Notes under the pieces: model-generated
Database searches by the model: none
Told to the model about the DNA's origin: nothing
What the model saw: the letters and a program-made list of their open reading frames with translations, nothing else
NCBI GenBank assembly: GCA_945860545.1
Contig: CAMAQM010000002.1
Span: forward strand, 57,942 to 121,941
Source: Bifidobacterium breve
GTDB taxonomy: Bacteria > Actinomycetota > Acidimicrobiia > Acidimicrobiales > Acidimicrobilacustridaceae
Length of the DNA stretch: 64,000 bases
Reading direction: 5' to 3'
Translations under genes and position numbers: made by a program
Shown: piece after piece, positions 1 to 11,806 of the stretch
How positions within the stretch are numbered: position 1 is the stretch's first letter
Layout: every line of letters begins with the position of its first letter

Positions 1-734
1 TGTCGTTCGCCTATCGCACCGGACCGATGGTGCTGTCCGACGTCAACCTCGAGTTGCCGCCGGGGGCGCACGTGGCGGTGGTGGGAGAGACCGGGTCGGG
101 AAAGAGCACGCTGGTCCGCCTGCTCACCCGCCTCGCCGACCCGACCGAGGGGCGGATCCTGGTGGCGGGAATCGACCTTCGCCGTGTCGACCCGGTGTCG
201 CGTCAGCAGCGCATCCGCCTCGTCCCCCAAGACAGCTTCCTGTTCGACACCACGGTGGGTCGCAACGTCGCGCTGGGTCGGCTCGGTGCCGGTACCGACG
301 AGGTGTCCGCAGCGTTCGCCGATTTGGACCTTGGGTGGTGGGTGGATCAACTCCCCCTCGGCCTCGACACGCCCGTGGGTGAACGCGGCGACCAGTTGTC
401 GGTGGGGGAACGCCAACTCGTGGCGCTGGCCCGCGCCCAACTCGCCGACCCGGGGCTGTTGATCCTCGATGAGGCCACCAGCGCCGTCGACTCGGTGACC
501 GAGCGGGCGTTGGCCTCGGCTTTGACCCGGGTGTCGGCTGGTCGAACCACCGTGTCGGTGGCCCACCGGCTCTCCACCGCCGAAGGTGCCGATCTTGTCC
601 TGGTGTTCGACGGCGGCCGGCTGGTCGAGGCGGGTCACCACGCCGAACTTGTGGCTGCGGGGGGCCGCTACGCCGAGTTGTACGGCAGCTGGCTGGGTGG
701 CACCCGGGAACCTCCGGCGTCCACGACGGGCTGA
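1..734 (+). CDS. ABC exporter, C-terminal ATP-binding domain (5' end outside window)
   Basis: The frame is open to the left edge (..SFAYRTGPMVLSDVNL..). Walker A GETGSGKST, ABC signature LSVGERQ, Walker B LLILDEATSAVD and H-loop VAHRL are present. Confidence 0.88.
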   Translation, partial: SFAYRTGPMVLSDVNLELPPGAHVAVVGETGSGKSTLVRLLTRLADPTEGRILVAGIDLRRVDPVSRQQRIRLVPQDSFLFDTTVGRNVALGRLGAGTDEVSAAFADLDLGWWVDQLPLGLDTPVGERGDQLSVGERQLVALARAQLADPGLLILDEATSAVDSVTERALASALTRVSAGRTTVSVAHRLSTAEGADLVLVFDGGRLVEAGHHAELVAAGGRYAELYGSWLGGTREPPASTTG

Positions 735-842
735 ACGGGGTCTGTACGGGGCGTCGGGCCGGTTCGCGCACCGGCCGGGGGCGCCGCTAGATTCGCCTCT
801 GCCGGCGGAGTGCCGGGAGGATCGTCACGTGGAGGACACGCC

Positions 843-1838
843 GTGAGTGCCAGCCCAGTCCGAGTTGCCGTCACCGGGGCCGCCGGCCAGATCGGCTACA
901 GCCTGCTGTTCCGTATCGCGTCCGGCGCCATGTTGGGCCCCGACACGCCGGTGCGCCTCCAGTTGCTCGAGATCACCCCGGCCCTCGACGCCCTGCGGGG
1001 TGTGCAGATGGAGCTTGAGGATTGCGCCTTCCCGCTGCTCGACTCGGTCGTGACCACCGACGACGCCAATGAGGCCTTCGATGGCGCCGACGTTGCGCTG
1101 CTGGTGGGTTCGCGCCCTCGGACCAAGGGGATGGAGCGGGCCGAACTGCTCGAGGCCAACGGCGCCATCTTCACGGTGCAGGGCAAGGCGCTCTCGGACA
1201 ACGCGTCGAGCGGGGTGAAGGTGCTGGTGGTGGGGAACCCGGCCAACACCAACTGTCTCATCGCCATGAACAACGCTCCGGCGCTCGACTCGTCGCAGTT
1301 CACCGCCATGACCCGACTCGACCACAACCGGGCCAAGGCCCAGTTGTCGGCTCGCACCGGCAACCCGGTGTCTGAGGTGTCCCGCATGACCATCTGGGGC
1401 AACCATTCAGCCACCCAGTACCCCGACGTGTTCCACGCCACGGTGGCCGGGACCCCGGCGTTCGAGGCCATCGGTGGCGACCAGGACTGGTTGGCGGGAA
1501 CGTTCATCCCCACGGTGCAGCAGCGTGGCGCCGCCATCATCGAAGCCCGTGGCCTGTCGAGTGCTGCGTCGGCGGCCAACGCCGCCATTGACCATGTGCG
1601 CGACTGGGTGGCGGGCACCCCGGCCGACGACTGGGTGTCGATGGCGGTGTGCTCCGACGGTTCCTACGGGGTGCCCGAAGGTCTCATCTCGTCGTTCCCG
1701 GTGACGTGTGCCAACGGCGGGTGGGAAATCGTCGCGGGTCTCGACATCGACGAGTTCTCCGCCGAGCGGATCGCCGCAACGGTGACCGAGCTCGGTGAGG
1801 AGCGCGCTGCGGTCGACGAGCTCGGTCTGTTGGGCTGA
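843..1838 (+). CDS. mdh: malate dehydrogenase
   Basis: Rossmann motif [12 protein letters not shown], and MDH-type GNPANTN and IWGNHS. GGAGGA lies 6 nt upstream of GTG 843; the track ORF start at 810 is probably too early. Confidence 0.93.
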   Translation: MSASPVRVAVTGAAGQIGYSLLFRIASGAMLGPDTPVRLQLLEITPALDALRGVQMELEDCAFPLLDSVVTTDDANEAFDGADVALLVGSRPRTKGMERAELLEANGAIFTVQGKALSDNASSGVKVLVVGNPANTNCLIAMNNAPALDSSQFTAMTRLDHNRAKAQLSARTGNPVSEVSRMTIWGNHSATQYPDVFHATVAGTPAFEAIGGDQDWLAGTFIPTVQQRGAAIIEARGLSSAASAANAAIDHVRDWVAGTPADDWVSMAVCSDGSYGVPEGLISSFPVTCANGGWEIVAGLDIDEFSAERIAATVTELGEERAAVDELGLLG

Positions 1839-1844
1839 GCCCGC

Positions 1845-2237
1845 TCAGTCGTCGTCGAGGACGACAGCGGCGAACACGTCGCCCAACCCGTCGAGCAGGT
1901 CGTGGTGGGCCAACAGCACAGTGGTGTCCCCACCCACCTGGAGGCGACCGTGGGTGAAGGCGGTCTGGGCTGTGGTGTCTCCGGCGGTGATGGCTCGGGC
2001 CGTGTCGGCGTCAGTGGTGAACCGGATGTCGGGAGCCTCGGCGGCGCCGGACTCGAATCTGACGTCGCCGTCGTTGACGACCACGTGCCAACGGGCGACC
2101 TCCCGAGACCCTGTGAGATCGGTCACCGCCTGTTCGATCACAAGGTGGACCCCCTGGGTGCGGCGACTGAGGTCATCGTGGGCGTCGGCTGCGGTGTTGA
2201 GGGCGGCGAGCCAGTCATCTGAGAGGTGGCGGGGCAC
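1845..2237 (-). CDS. SCP2 (sterol-carrier-like) domain protein
   Basis: 130-aa acidic protein, convergent with mdh. The segment DIRFTTDADTARAITAGDTTAQTAFTHGRLQVGGD resembles the SCP2 C-terminal region. Assignment is by eye only. Confidence 0.5.
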   Translation of the reverse strand: MPRHLSDDWLAALNTAADAHDDLSRRTQGVHLVIEQAVTDLTGSREVARWHVVVNDGDVRFESGAAEAPDIRFTTDADTARAITAGDTTAQTAFTHGRLQVGGDTTVLLAHHDLLDGLGDVFAAVVLDDD

Positions 2238-2323
2238 GCCCCCACACTAGGCAGTGCCGCCAATGGGCCTCACCACCGGTGGGAGTCACTTGCATTCGAG
2301 CGGGGGTCATGGTGAGGTGGGGC

Positions 2324-2752
2324 ATGCCCCCCCTCCCCGATGATCTGACTGCAGTGCTCTCACGTGCCGCACGGGCCCAGCGGGGTCTGAGCGCCGGTTT
2401 GCTCGCCCCACTCGGCCTGCATCCCGGTCAGGACGAGCTGCTCCGTCTGCTGTGGCGCCAGGACGGTTTGGTGCAGTCCCGGATTGTTGAGGCGCTCGGC
2501 GTCGAGGCCCCCACGGTCACCAAGATGGTGCACCGCCTTGAGGTCGCCGGGTTCGTGCAGCGCAGGGTGGCGCCATCTGATCGTCGTGCCACCCAGGTCT
2601 GGCTGACCCCCGCCGGACGGCAGTTGCGTACCTCGGTCCAGCGACTGCGAAGGCGCGTTGAGCAGCGCATGACCGAGGGGCTCACCGACCGTCAGGTGGC
2701 AAGTCTGCGAGCCCTGCTCGAGCAGGTTGTGGTGAACCTCGACGACCAGTGA
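2324..2752 (+). CDS. MarR family transcriptional regulator
   Basis: Winged-helix segment QSRIVEALGVEAPTVTKMVHRLEVAGFVQRRVAPSDRRATQVWLTPAG. GAGGTGGGG precedes ATG 2324. Confidence 0.8.
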   Translation: MPPLPDDLTAVLSRAARAQRGLSAGLLAPLGLHPGQDELLRLLWRQDGLVQSRIVEALGVEAPTVTKMVHRLEVAGFVQRRVAPSDRRATQVWLTPAGRQLRTSVQRLRRRVEQRMTEGLTDRQVASLRALLEQVVVNLDDQ

Positions 2753-3564
2753 ACGCGCCGCTTTCAGCCGACTTCGATCTGCCGGGGGACCGCAGAGGCG
2801 CCCCTGCGCACTGGTGCGAGCAATGGTCGTTCGACGCCGTGTTCCCCGACCCTGACGATGGTGAGGTGATGCTCGGTGTGGCAGTCAGCGTGGGGCGACG
2901 CCCCGCCACCGGTCGTGGTTGGTATCACGCCGTCGTCGTCGGCCCGAGGCGCGCCACGGTGTTCGTCGTCGACACCGATCTCGTCCTTGGCGGCGGCGCG
3001 GGTGGCCTTGAACTCCGCTCCCCGGGGTTGTGGGCCGACCACAACGCCTCGGCCGCACTGGGTCACTGGACGGTCGCCGCCGAAGCGTTCGGTGTCGCCC
3101 TCGACGACCCCTGGGATGCGTGGGGCCGGGCGTTCGGAACGCCGCAACCGGTCGGTCTGGACCTTGAATGGGATCCGGTGGGTGCCCCCGATGGGCCCGT
3201 TGGGGGGTCGGCGGACGACGCCGGGTCGTGGTGGGTGGGGTGTGAGGTGCACGGCGTGGTGCTGGTCGGCGACGAGCGCCACGACGTCACCGGGTACGGC
3301 ACCCGGGGCCGGTCGTGGGGGCCGGCGGTCCCTGTCGCGGAGGGCCATCGCAGGGTGTGGTGGCGTGACGGCGCCGGCCGGTGGCGCCACGCCGCCGGTG
3401 CGGCCCCGATCGATGCTGATGGAGTCGCGCCTCTCGTCCCACCGGTGCGGTCGGTGACGGCGTGGGCCCCGGTGCTCGGTGCAGGAGATCAGCGTCTGAT
3501 TCAGGCCCTAGTTGCGTGTGACGACGGCGAGTCCGCTGGTGCGGGCTGGCTGGTGCAGCGCTGA
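2749..3564 (+). CDS. hypothetical protein, translationally coupled to the MarR gene
   Basis: GTGA start/stop overlap with the MarR gene and coding-like third-position GC. No motif recognised. Confidence 0.5.
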   Translation: MNAPLSADFDLPGDRRGAPAHWCEQWSFDAVFPDPDDGEVMLGVAVSVGRRPATGRGWYHAVVVGPRRATVFVVDTDLVLGGGAGGLELRSPGLWADHNASAALGHWTVAAEAFGVALDDPWDAWGRAFGTPQPVGLDLEWDPVGAPDGPVGGSADDAGSWWVGCEVHGVVLVGDERHDVTGYGTRGRSWGPAVPVAEGHRRVWWRDGAGRWRHAAGAAPIDADGVAPLVPPVRSVTAWAPVLGAGDQRLIQALVACDDGESAGAGWLVQR

Positions 3565-3589
3565 CCGGCGAGTAGGCGGCTGGGCCGGT

Positions 3590-4537
3590 CTAGTTCTCGC
3601 CGAGTTCAGCGGCGAGGTCGGCGTCACTTCGATGGGCGACACGCTCGCTGATGGCGGTGATGCCAATCACGACGATGAAACCCACCACCGCCAACACGAT
3701 GGGGAGTGCCACGTCTCCCGAAGGCATCTCAAGGGCGGCGTTGCCCGAGGTGCCGTCCGGCCACGGCCACAACACCCGCAACGAACCCACCATCAGCCCG
3801 ATCAACCCCGCCAGCATGGTGCGTTCGTGGTGGACGAGTCCCCAGTGCAGCAACTGCGAGAAGGCGGCGAGGCCGATGACACAGCCGGCGATGAACACGA
3901 CGAGCACCATCAGGTTCCGGTCGGTGAGCGCCCCGAGCACGTTGTCGTACATACCGAGCATCAACAACAGGAACGACCCGGAGATGCCGGGGAGGATCAT
4001 GGCGCAGATGGCGATCGCTCCGGCGACGAAGTAGATCACGAGCGACGGGTTGTCCACCGGACCGGACTGCAGGCCCAGGACGAAAAAGGTCACGACGGCG
4101 GTCAGGGCGCAGATGGCCAGTCTCGTCGTGTCCCAGCCCTGCACGAGTCGCGACGCGACGACGACCGACCCGATGACGAGACCGAAGAACAGGCCGGCCA
4201 TGCGGACCGGCTGCGTGTCGAGGAGGTGTTCGATGATGCTGGCCAGACCCACAACGGCCGCGCCGATGCCGAGGAGCAACGGAATCAGGAAACGCCAGTC
4301 GAGTGCCCGCAGGCGCACCCACGCCGTTCGGAGATCGAGTTTCGCCGCGGAGCCGAGCACATGCGCTCCGGCGCTGACCTGACCGATGAGCCGGTGGTAG
4401 ATGCCCAACACGAGGGCCACGGTCCCGCCGGACACGCCGGGCACGATGTCGGCCGCACCCATGAGTCCACCGCGCAGCAACTGGGCTACGAGGGGCGTCA
4501 CGCCCCGCTCCTTGGCAACCGGACGATCCGTACTCAT
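3590..4537 (-). CDS. DUF368 family membrane protein
   Basis: Signature GLMGAADIVPGVSGGTVALVLGIY, a second PGISGS motif, and many hydrophobic segments. Confidence 0.8.
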   Translation of the reverse strand: MSTDRPVAKERGVTPLVAQLLRGGLMGAADIVPGVSGGTVALVLGIYHRLIGQVSAGAHVLGSAAKLDLRTAWVRLRALDWRFLIPLLLGIGAAVVGLASIIEHLLDTQPVRMAGLFFGLVIGSVVVASRLVQGWDTTRLAICALTAVVTFFVLGLQSGPVDNPSLVIYFVAGAIAICAMILPGISGSFLLLMLGMYDNVLGALTDRNLMVLVVFIAGCVIGLAAFSQLLHWGLVHHERTMLAGLIGLMVGSLRVLWPWPDGTSGNAALEMPSGDVALPIVLAVVGFIVVIGITAISERVAHRSDADLAAELGEN

Positions 4538-4565
4538 GTGCTGGCTCCGTTCGCCGACGGGTCGA

Positions 4566-5332
4566 TCAGGGGAAGACCTGTCCGGCGAGTTTACGGTTCT
4601 TCAGCTTCGACTTGAGGTAGTCCCGGTTCATGAGGGCGATGAAGTCGAGCGGGATTTCCTTGGGGCAGGCCTCGTGGCACTCCCCGTGGTTCGTGCACGA
4701 CCCGAAGAACTGCTCCATGGTCTCCACCATCGCCTCGGTCCGCTTGAAGCGTTCGGCCTGGCCTTGGGGGAGCAGGTTGAGGTGGGCGAGCTTGGCCGAG
4801 GTGAACAACTGGGCGGCGGAGTTCGGGCAGGCCGCCACGCACGCCCCACACCCGATGCACGCCGCAGCGTCCATCGCCGAATCAGCGACGGGCTTGGGAA
4901 TCGGGATCTCGTTGGCGTCGGGTGCCGCCCCGGTGTCAGCGGAGATGAACCCGCCCGAGGACACAATGGCGTCGAACGACGCCCGGTTCACCATGAGGTC
5001 CTTGACGATGGGGAACCCGGCAGCCTGCCAGGGCTCGATGACGATGGTGTCGCCGTCACGGAACGCCCGCATGTGCAACTGGCAGGTGGCTGCGCCCTTC
5101 CAGGGGCCGTGGGCCTGCCCGTCGATCATGACGCCACACGTCCCGCAGATGCCCTCACGACAGTCGCTGTCGAACGTGATGGGGTCACCGCCCGCTTCGA
5201 CGAGTCGGTTGTTGACGACGTCGAGCATCTCAAGGAACGACATGTCGGGCTTGATGTCGACGGCGTCGTAGGTCTCAAAGCGTCCGGGGGCCTCGGGGCC
5301 GTCCTGGCGCCACACCTTCAGTTTCAGCTGCA

Positions 5333-5336
<4 letters not shown>
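4566..5336 (-). CDS. sdhB: succinate dehydrogenase/fumarate reductase iron-sulfur subunit
   Basis: Cys clusters [22 protein letters not shown] and [12 protein letters not shown]. The start overlaps the sdhA stop by 4 nt. Confidence 0.92.
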
Positions 5337-7252
<1,916 letters not shown>

Positions 7253-7271
7253 GGTTGCCTCCTGACGGCGG

Positions 7272-8048
7272 TCAGCCGCCGACGATCCCGAACTGCACAG
7301 CGAGGGGGAAACTGATGTTTGCGCCGATCACCACGATGGTGAAGCCGGCAGCGAAACCACGGCGCACCGGGTTCCGCATCGGGTTGAAATGTGGGTTCAT
7401 CGAACCCACGGTCTGAAAGATGCTCCAGGTGCCGTGGTAGAGGTGCACCCCGAGGGCGAGGTTGGCGATCACATAGATCAGCGCCACCGGCCAACGGTCG
7501 AAGGTGGTGACGACGTTGTTGTACACCTGCCCGTAGACGAAGTCCGGGTTGCCAAGGCCGAAGGTCAGGTCGGCGAGGTGCCACAGGAGGAACAGGGCCA
7601 CGATGATCCCCGTCCAGCGCATCGTGCGGCCGGCGAAGTTGGCGGCGATGTAGTCGCGACGCGAGTACTTGGTGGGCCGGGCCCGGTGGTTCATTCGGGT
7701 CAGCGAGTAGGCCGAGTGGATGTGCAGGGCGAAGAACACGAGCAGGCCCACCCGGAACAACCACAGCACCATGGTCTTGGGAAGGAACGGGTAGGCGATG
7801 GTCTTGAGCGCCTCTGCGTAGCTGTCGTAGTCGGCTGGGCCGAAGTACATCTTGAGGTTGCCGAACATGTGGGCGAACACGAACCCCATCAGGGCGATGC
7901 CGGTGATGGCCATCACCCACTTCTTGCCCACGGCTGTCTGGTACAGGTCGAGCAACGGGATGGACCGATGCCGAACGGGCTTGTTGATCCGCGCCGCCTC
8001 CGGGCGGGTGGCGCCGGCCCCTGCCGGTCGATCCTGGGTTGCGGTCAC
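7272..8048 (-). CDS. sdhC: succinate dehydrogenase cytochrome b subunit (single-subunit b558 type)
   Basis: Hydrophobic protein with conserved His positions ([26 protein letters not shown]), directly upstream of sdhA. GGAGGA lies 7 nt before GTG 8048; the track ORF extends to 8189. Confidence 0.8.
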   Translation of the reverse strand: MTATQDRPAGAGATRPEAARINKPVRHRSIPLLDLYQTAVGKKWVMAITGIALMGFVFAHMFGNLKMYFGPADYDSYAEALKTIAYPFLPKTMVLWLFRVGLLVFFALHIHSAYSLTRMNHRARPTKYSRRDYIAANFAGRTMRWTGIIVALFLLWHLADLTFGLGNPDFVYGQVYNNVVTTFDRWPVALIYVIANLALGVHLYHGTWSIFQTVGSMNPHFNPMRNPVRRGFAAGFTIVVIGANISFPLAVQFGIVGG

Positions 8049-8240
8049 GGAGTATTCCTCCCGGTCGTGTGGTCGCCCTGACAGGGGCGCTTCGTTGCGT
8101 CCCACAGAGACAGGTCCCTTGGGGCGACGTCCTGACTGAACGGTAGCGTCCCGCCGGGAACGACCCCCAACTCTGTGGTTCCCACCCATCTCGGGGTCCC
8201 TCGGGCACCCGGGGCGCCACCCGCGATGCGCTGGTAGACA

Positions 8241-9557
8241 ATGGCCGTGGCATCAGCCAACCCGGGACTGGGTCGTCGCGCCGGCAACGACGAACGCATC
8301 AGGGACGCGGCGCTCGCCGAGGCGCTGGCGCTCGGACCGGACCGTCTGGGACCCACCGCCGTCGCCCGCCGGGCGGGCCTGTCGACGGGGGCGGTGTACG
8401 CCCGCTACGAGGACCATGCGGAACTGCTCGTCGACCTGTGGGTGAACCGTTGCCGCGTCGAGGTCGGTGACCTTGTCGAGTTGGGTCTTGACTACCTCCT
8501 CGGGGGTGGCGACGACGAGGACCGGGACGAACTCCTGCACCGGTTGGCCAACCCCTCGGCGGGTTGTCGTGTCGGGCTCGACCTGTTGACGCTGACCCAC
8601 CGGGAGGACGCGTTGGCCGAGGTCGTCGGGGTGGACACCGCCCGAGCCTTCGAGCGGTGGCGGTTGGGGTCGGATCACGATCCGGCCGGTACGGCCGCCA
8701 CGGCACTGGTGCTCTCGATCCTGCTCGGACTGATGACTCTCGACGCTCACGGTCCGCGCTGCACCGTGGTGCCGCCAGTGGGTCGACCCCCTGGTCCTGT
8801 CGGCGACCAGTCATCGGCTGGGGCGGCGTCACTGGTGCCCGAGCACCTGGCATCGGCAACCGACGCCGAGGCGGCCGGCGGGGGTGCGATCGACTGGTGT
8901 TCGGCGCTGGGGTGGCTGCGCGCAGCACTCGCCCGGCCCCCCGAGATCGTTGAACTCCCGTCGTTCGTGCGTCCGTTGCTCCCCGAGGTGGCTGGCCTCG
9001 ACACGGACCAGACCCGAGCGATGCTGATGCAGTCGTGCATGGAAGTCATCGCCCGCGTGGGACTCGCCCGAGCGACCGCCACCCGCATCGGTCGTCGGGC
9101 GGGGATGACCCACGGCGCCATCTATGGCCTGTACGAGTCCAAAGAGGAACTCCTGTGTGATTCGGTGCGGGTGATCACCGACGCCGTCATGCGGTCCGAC
9201 CGGGCTCATCTCTCTGCGACCTACTTCGACGGCGTCGACTGGGGAGAGGCCGTCACCGGTCTGCTGGCCACCATGGGTGGTGAGGAACGGAGGTCGTGGC
9301 GACTGTTTCGGATGGAGAGCCATCTCGCCGCCCGGCACCATCCCGAGGTGGCCCGCTCACTCGACTGGGTCTACGGCCGGATCTTCGCCATGGACACCGT
9401 CGTCGCTTCAGCATCGGGTCTCATTGACCCGGCCGTGGCCAGGGCCGCCACCCGTATCGCTCTCGCCATCCCGCTCGGGTACGTCCACCTCGCCGTCGTT
9501 GCCCCCGACCCGCTGGCGTCGGTCGACTGGAGTCTGGCCCCGTCACTGTTGGGCTGA
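8241..9557 (+). CDS. TetR family regulator with two tandem TetR modules
   Basis: Two HTH segments: GPTAVARRAGLSTGAVYARYEDHAELL near the N-terminus and TATRIGRRAGMTHGAIYGLYESKEELL around residue 290. Divergent from sdhCAB. Confidence 0.75.
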   Translation: MAVASANPGLGRRAGNDERIRDAALAEALALGPDRLGPTAVARRAGLSTGAVYARYEDHAELLVDLWVNRCRVEVGDLVELGLDYLLGGGDDEDRDELLHRLANPSAGCRVGLDLLTLTHREDALAEVVGVDTARAFERWRLGSDHDPAGTAATALVLSILLGLMTLDAHGPRCTVVPPVGRPPGPVGDQSSAGAASLVPEHLASATDAEAAGGGAIDWCSALGWLRAALARPPEIVELPSFVRPLLPEVAGLDTDQTRAMLMQSCMEVIARVGLARATATRIGRRAGMTHGAIYGLYESKEELLCDSVRVITDAVMRSDRAHLSATYFDGVDWGEAVTGLLATMGGEERRSWRLFRMESHLAARHHPEVARSLDWVYGRIFAMDTVVASASGLIDPAVARAATRIALAIPLGYVHLAVVAPDPLASVDWSLAPSLLG

Positions 9558-9647
9558 CCGTTCCGTGGAGGGAGCCGCTAGCGTGCCCTCAGCCGCCAGT
9601 GGCGCCGGGGAACCTGCGTCAGCCGAGCCGTCTGACAGGGAGGATCC

Positions 9648-11051
9648 ATGAGCGACCGACCGGGCACCCTTGGTGCCTTGCGAGCATCGGGGTGGGAGAG
9701 CGTTCCCGTCAAAGAGGAACTCCGGCGCAACGCCATCGCCCGGATCCGTTCGGGGGAGGACCTGTTCCCCGGGGTGCAGGGTTACGAGGACACGGTTCTC
9801 CCGCAGTTGGAGAACGCCCTGCTCGCCGGCCACGACGTCATCTTCCTCGGCGAGCGCGGGCAGGCCAAGACCCGCATGATCCGCGCCATGGTCGGCCTGC
9901 TCGACGAGTGGTTGCCGGTGGTGGCCGGGTCGGAGATCAACGACGACCCCTACGCCCCGGTGTCACGTCACGCTCGGGATCTCATCGCCGAGCTTGGGGA
10001 CGACACGCCGATCGAGTGGGTGCACCGCGACACCCGCTTCGGGGAGAAACTCGCCACGCCCGACACCTCGATCGCCGACCTCATCGGTGAGGTCGACCCC
10101 ATCAAGGTTGCAGAGGGCCGGTACCTCTCGGACGAACTGACGTTGCACTACGGCCTCGTGCCCCGGACCAACCGCGGGGTGTTCGCCATCAACGAGTTGC
10201 CCGACCTCGCCGAACGGATCCAGGTGGGTCTGCTCAACGTTCTTGAGGAACGCGACGTCCAGGTGCGCGGCTACAAGGTCCGTCTCCCGCTCGACGTCGT
10301 GTTGGTGGCGTCGGCGAACCCCGAGGACTACACGAACCGCGGGCGGATCATCACGCCGCTCAAGGACCGGTTCGGTGCGCAGATCCGCACCCACTACCCC
10401 CTTGAGGTGGACACCGAGGTGGCCATCGCGCTCGCCGAGGCCCGTCCGCTCGAGGCCGAGGGGTTGTCGGTCAGGGTTCCGCCCTACATGGCCGAGGTGG
10501 TGGCGACGTTCTCCCACCTCGCCCGTGAGGCACCTCAGGTCAACCAGCGGTCGGGGGTGTCGGTGCGTCTCACGGTGGCGAACCTCGAGACCCTCGTGGC
10601 CAACGCCGCCCGTCGGGCGCTGATGCTCGGCGAGACCGACGTCGTTCCCCGCGTCAGCGATCTCGACGCGCTGGTGGCGTCCACCTCGGGAAAGGTGGAG
10701 ATTGAAGCACTCGAGGAAGGCCGGGAGGGCCAGATCATTGAGCACCTGCTGCGTTCGGCGGTGCTTACGACCTTCCGTCGCCACTGCGCAGTGGAGAGCC
10801 TCTCGGCGCTTGTCGACGGCTTCGCCGACGGCCGTGTCGTGCACGCCGGCGAGGACGTCACCGTGGCGGACTACCTCGCCGCCGTCGAGTCGATCCCGGC
10901 GTTGTCCGAAGCGGTCGCAGGCTTCACCGGTGGTGACGACTCACCCGCGGCGGTGGCCGCCGCCACCGAGTTCGTGCTCGAGGGCCTCCACCTGTCCAAG
11001 CGGCTGAACAAGGACGCCGCCGGCGGACGGTCGACGTACCGGAGCCGCTGA
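9648..11051 (+). CDS. AAA+ ATPase, Mg-chelatase subunit I-like
   Basis: Walker A-like GERGQAKT and Walker B-like FAINELPD. The overall pattern matches the conserved actinobacterial ATPase that pairs with a VWA protein. GGAGGA precedes the ATG. Confidence 0.75.
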   Translation: MSDRPGTLGALRASGWESVPVKEELRRNAIARIRSGEDLFPGVQGYEDTVLPQLENALLAGHDVIFLGERGQAKTRMIRAMVGLLDEWLPVVAGSEINDDPYAPVSRHARDLIAELGDDTPIEWVHRDTRFGEKLATPDTSIADLIGEVDPIKVAEGRYLSDELTLHYGLVPRTNRGVFAINELPDLAERIQVGLLNVLEERDVQVRGYKVRLPLDVVLVASANPEDYTNRGRIITPLKDRFGAQIRTHYPLEVDTEVAIALAEARPLEAEGLSVRVPPYMAEVVATFSHLAREAPQVNQRSGVSVRLTVANLETLVANAARRALMLGETDVVPRVSDLDALVASTSGKVEIEALEEGREGQIIEHLLRSAVLTTFRRHCAVESLSALVDGFADGRVVHAGEDVTVADYLAAVESIPALSEAVAGFTGGDDSPAAVAAATEFVLEGLHLSKRLNKDAAGGRSTYRSR

Positions 11052-11054
11052 GAA

Positions 11055-11729
11055 TCAGTGGGTGCGTTCGCTCACGGTGCCGTCTGCACCGGCAACGATC
11101 ACCCGTTCCACCATTGCACCCGGGAAGATCCCGTGTTCGACGATGCCGGGGATGCCCGACAGTGCGGCGGCGAGCGATACGGGGTCGTCAATGGCGGGGA
11201 AGTGCGCGTCGCACAGCAGGTTGCCGTTGTCGCTGCGTTCGTCACGGACCGAAACCGAAGTCGCTCCGAGCGCTTGCACGGCAGTGGCCACCACGCCCGG
11301 GGCGAATTCGAGGACCTCGAGTGGCGTCCCGAACGGACCGAGTCGATCGACGATCTTCGACTCGTCGACGACGATCACGAACCGGTCGGACATGGCGGCC
11401 ACGATCTTCTCCCGCGTGTGCGCTCCGCCACCTCCCTTGGTCAGGTTCAGTTCGCCGTCGACCTCGTCGGCGCCGTCAATGGTGATGTCGAGGTGCCCGA
11501 TCTCGTCGGGTGACACGACCACGAGGCCGAGCGAGGTGGCGAGTTCGTGGGTGCGCAGCGAGGTCGCCGTGCACGTGATGTCAGGCCTGCGGTCCCCGAG
11601 CGCCACGATGGTGTGGTGCACCGTTGATCCGGTACCGAGCCCGACCCGCATACCGTCCACGACGTAGCCGGCGGCGTGGACCCCGGCAGCCTTCTTGGCG
11701 TCATCCATGGTCACAGCATCGCGCACCAT
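11055..11729 (-). CDS. rpiA: ribose-5-phosphate isomerase A
   Basis: GLGTGSTV, DGADEVD, LTKGGGGAHTREKIV. An alternative start exists at 11708; the track ORF to 11786 is probably too long. Confidence 0.85.
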   Translation of the reverse strand: MVRDAVTMDDAKKAAGVHAAGYVVDGMRVGLGTGSTVHHTIVALGDRRPDITCTATSLRTHELATSLGLVVVSPDEIGHLDITIDGADEVDGELNLTKGGGGAHTREKIVAAMSDRFVIVVDESKIVDRLGPFGTPLEVLEFAPGVVATAVQALGATSVSVRDERSDNGNLLCDAHFPAIDDPVSLAAALSGIPGIVEHGIFPGAMVERVIVAGADGTVSERTH

Positions 11730-11806
11730 CGGCGTCGAGCCCTTCGCTTGGGGCACCCCGGCTCTGCGCTGCGCACCGCCGGTCATGTGCCGGTACCCTC
11801 GGGGGC

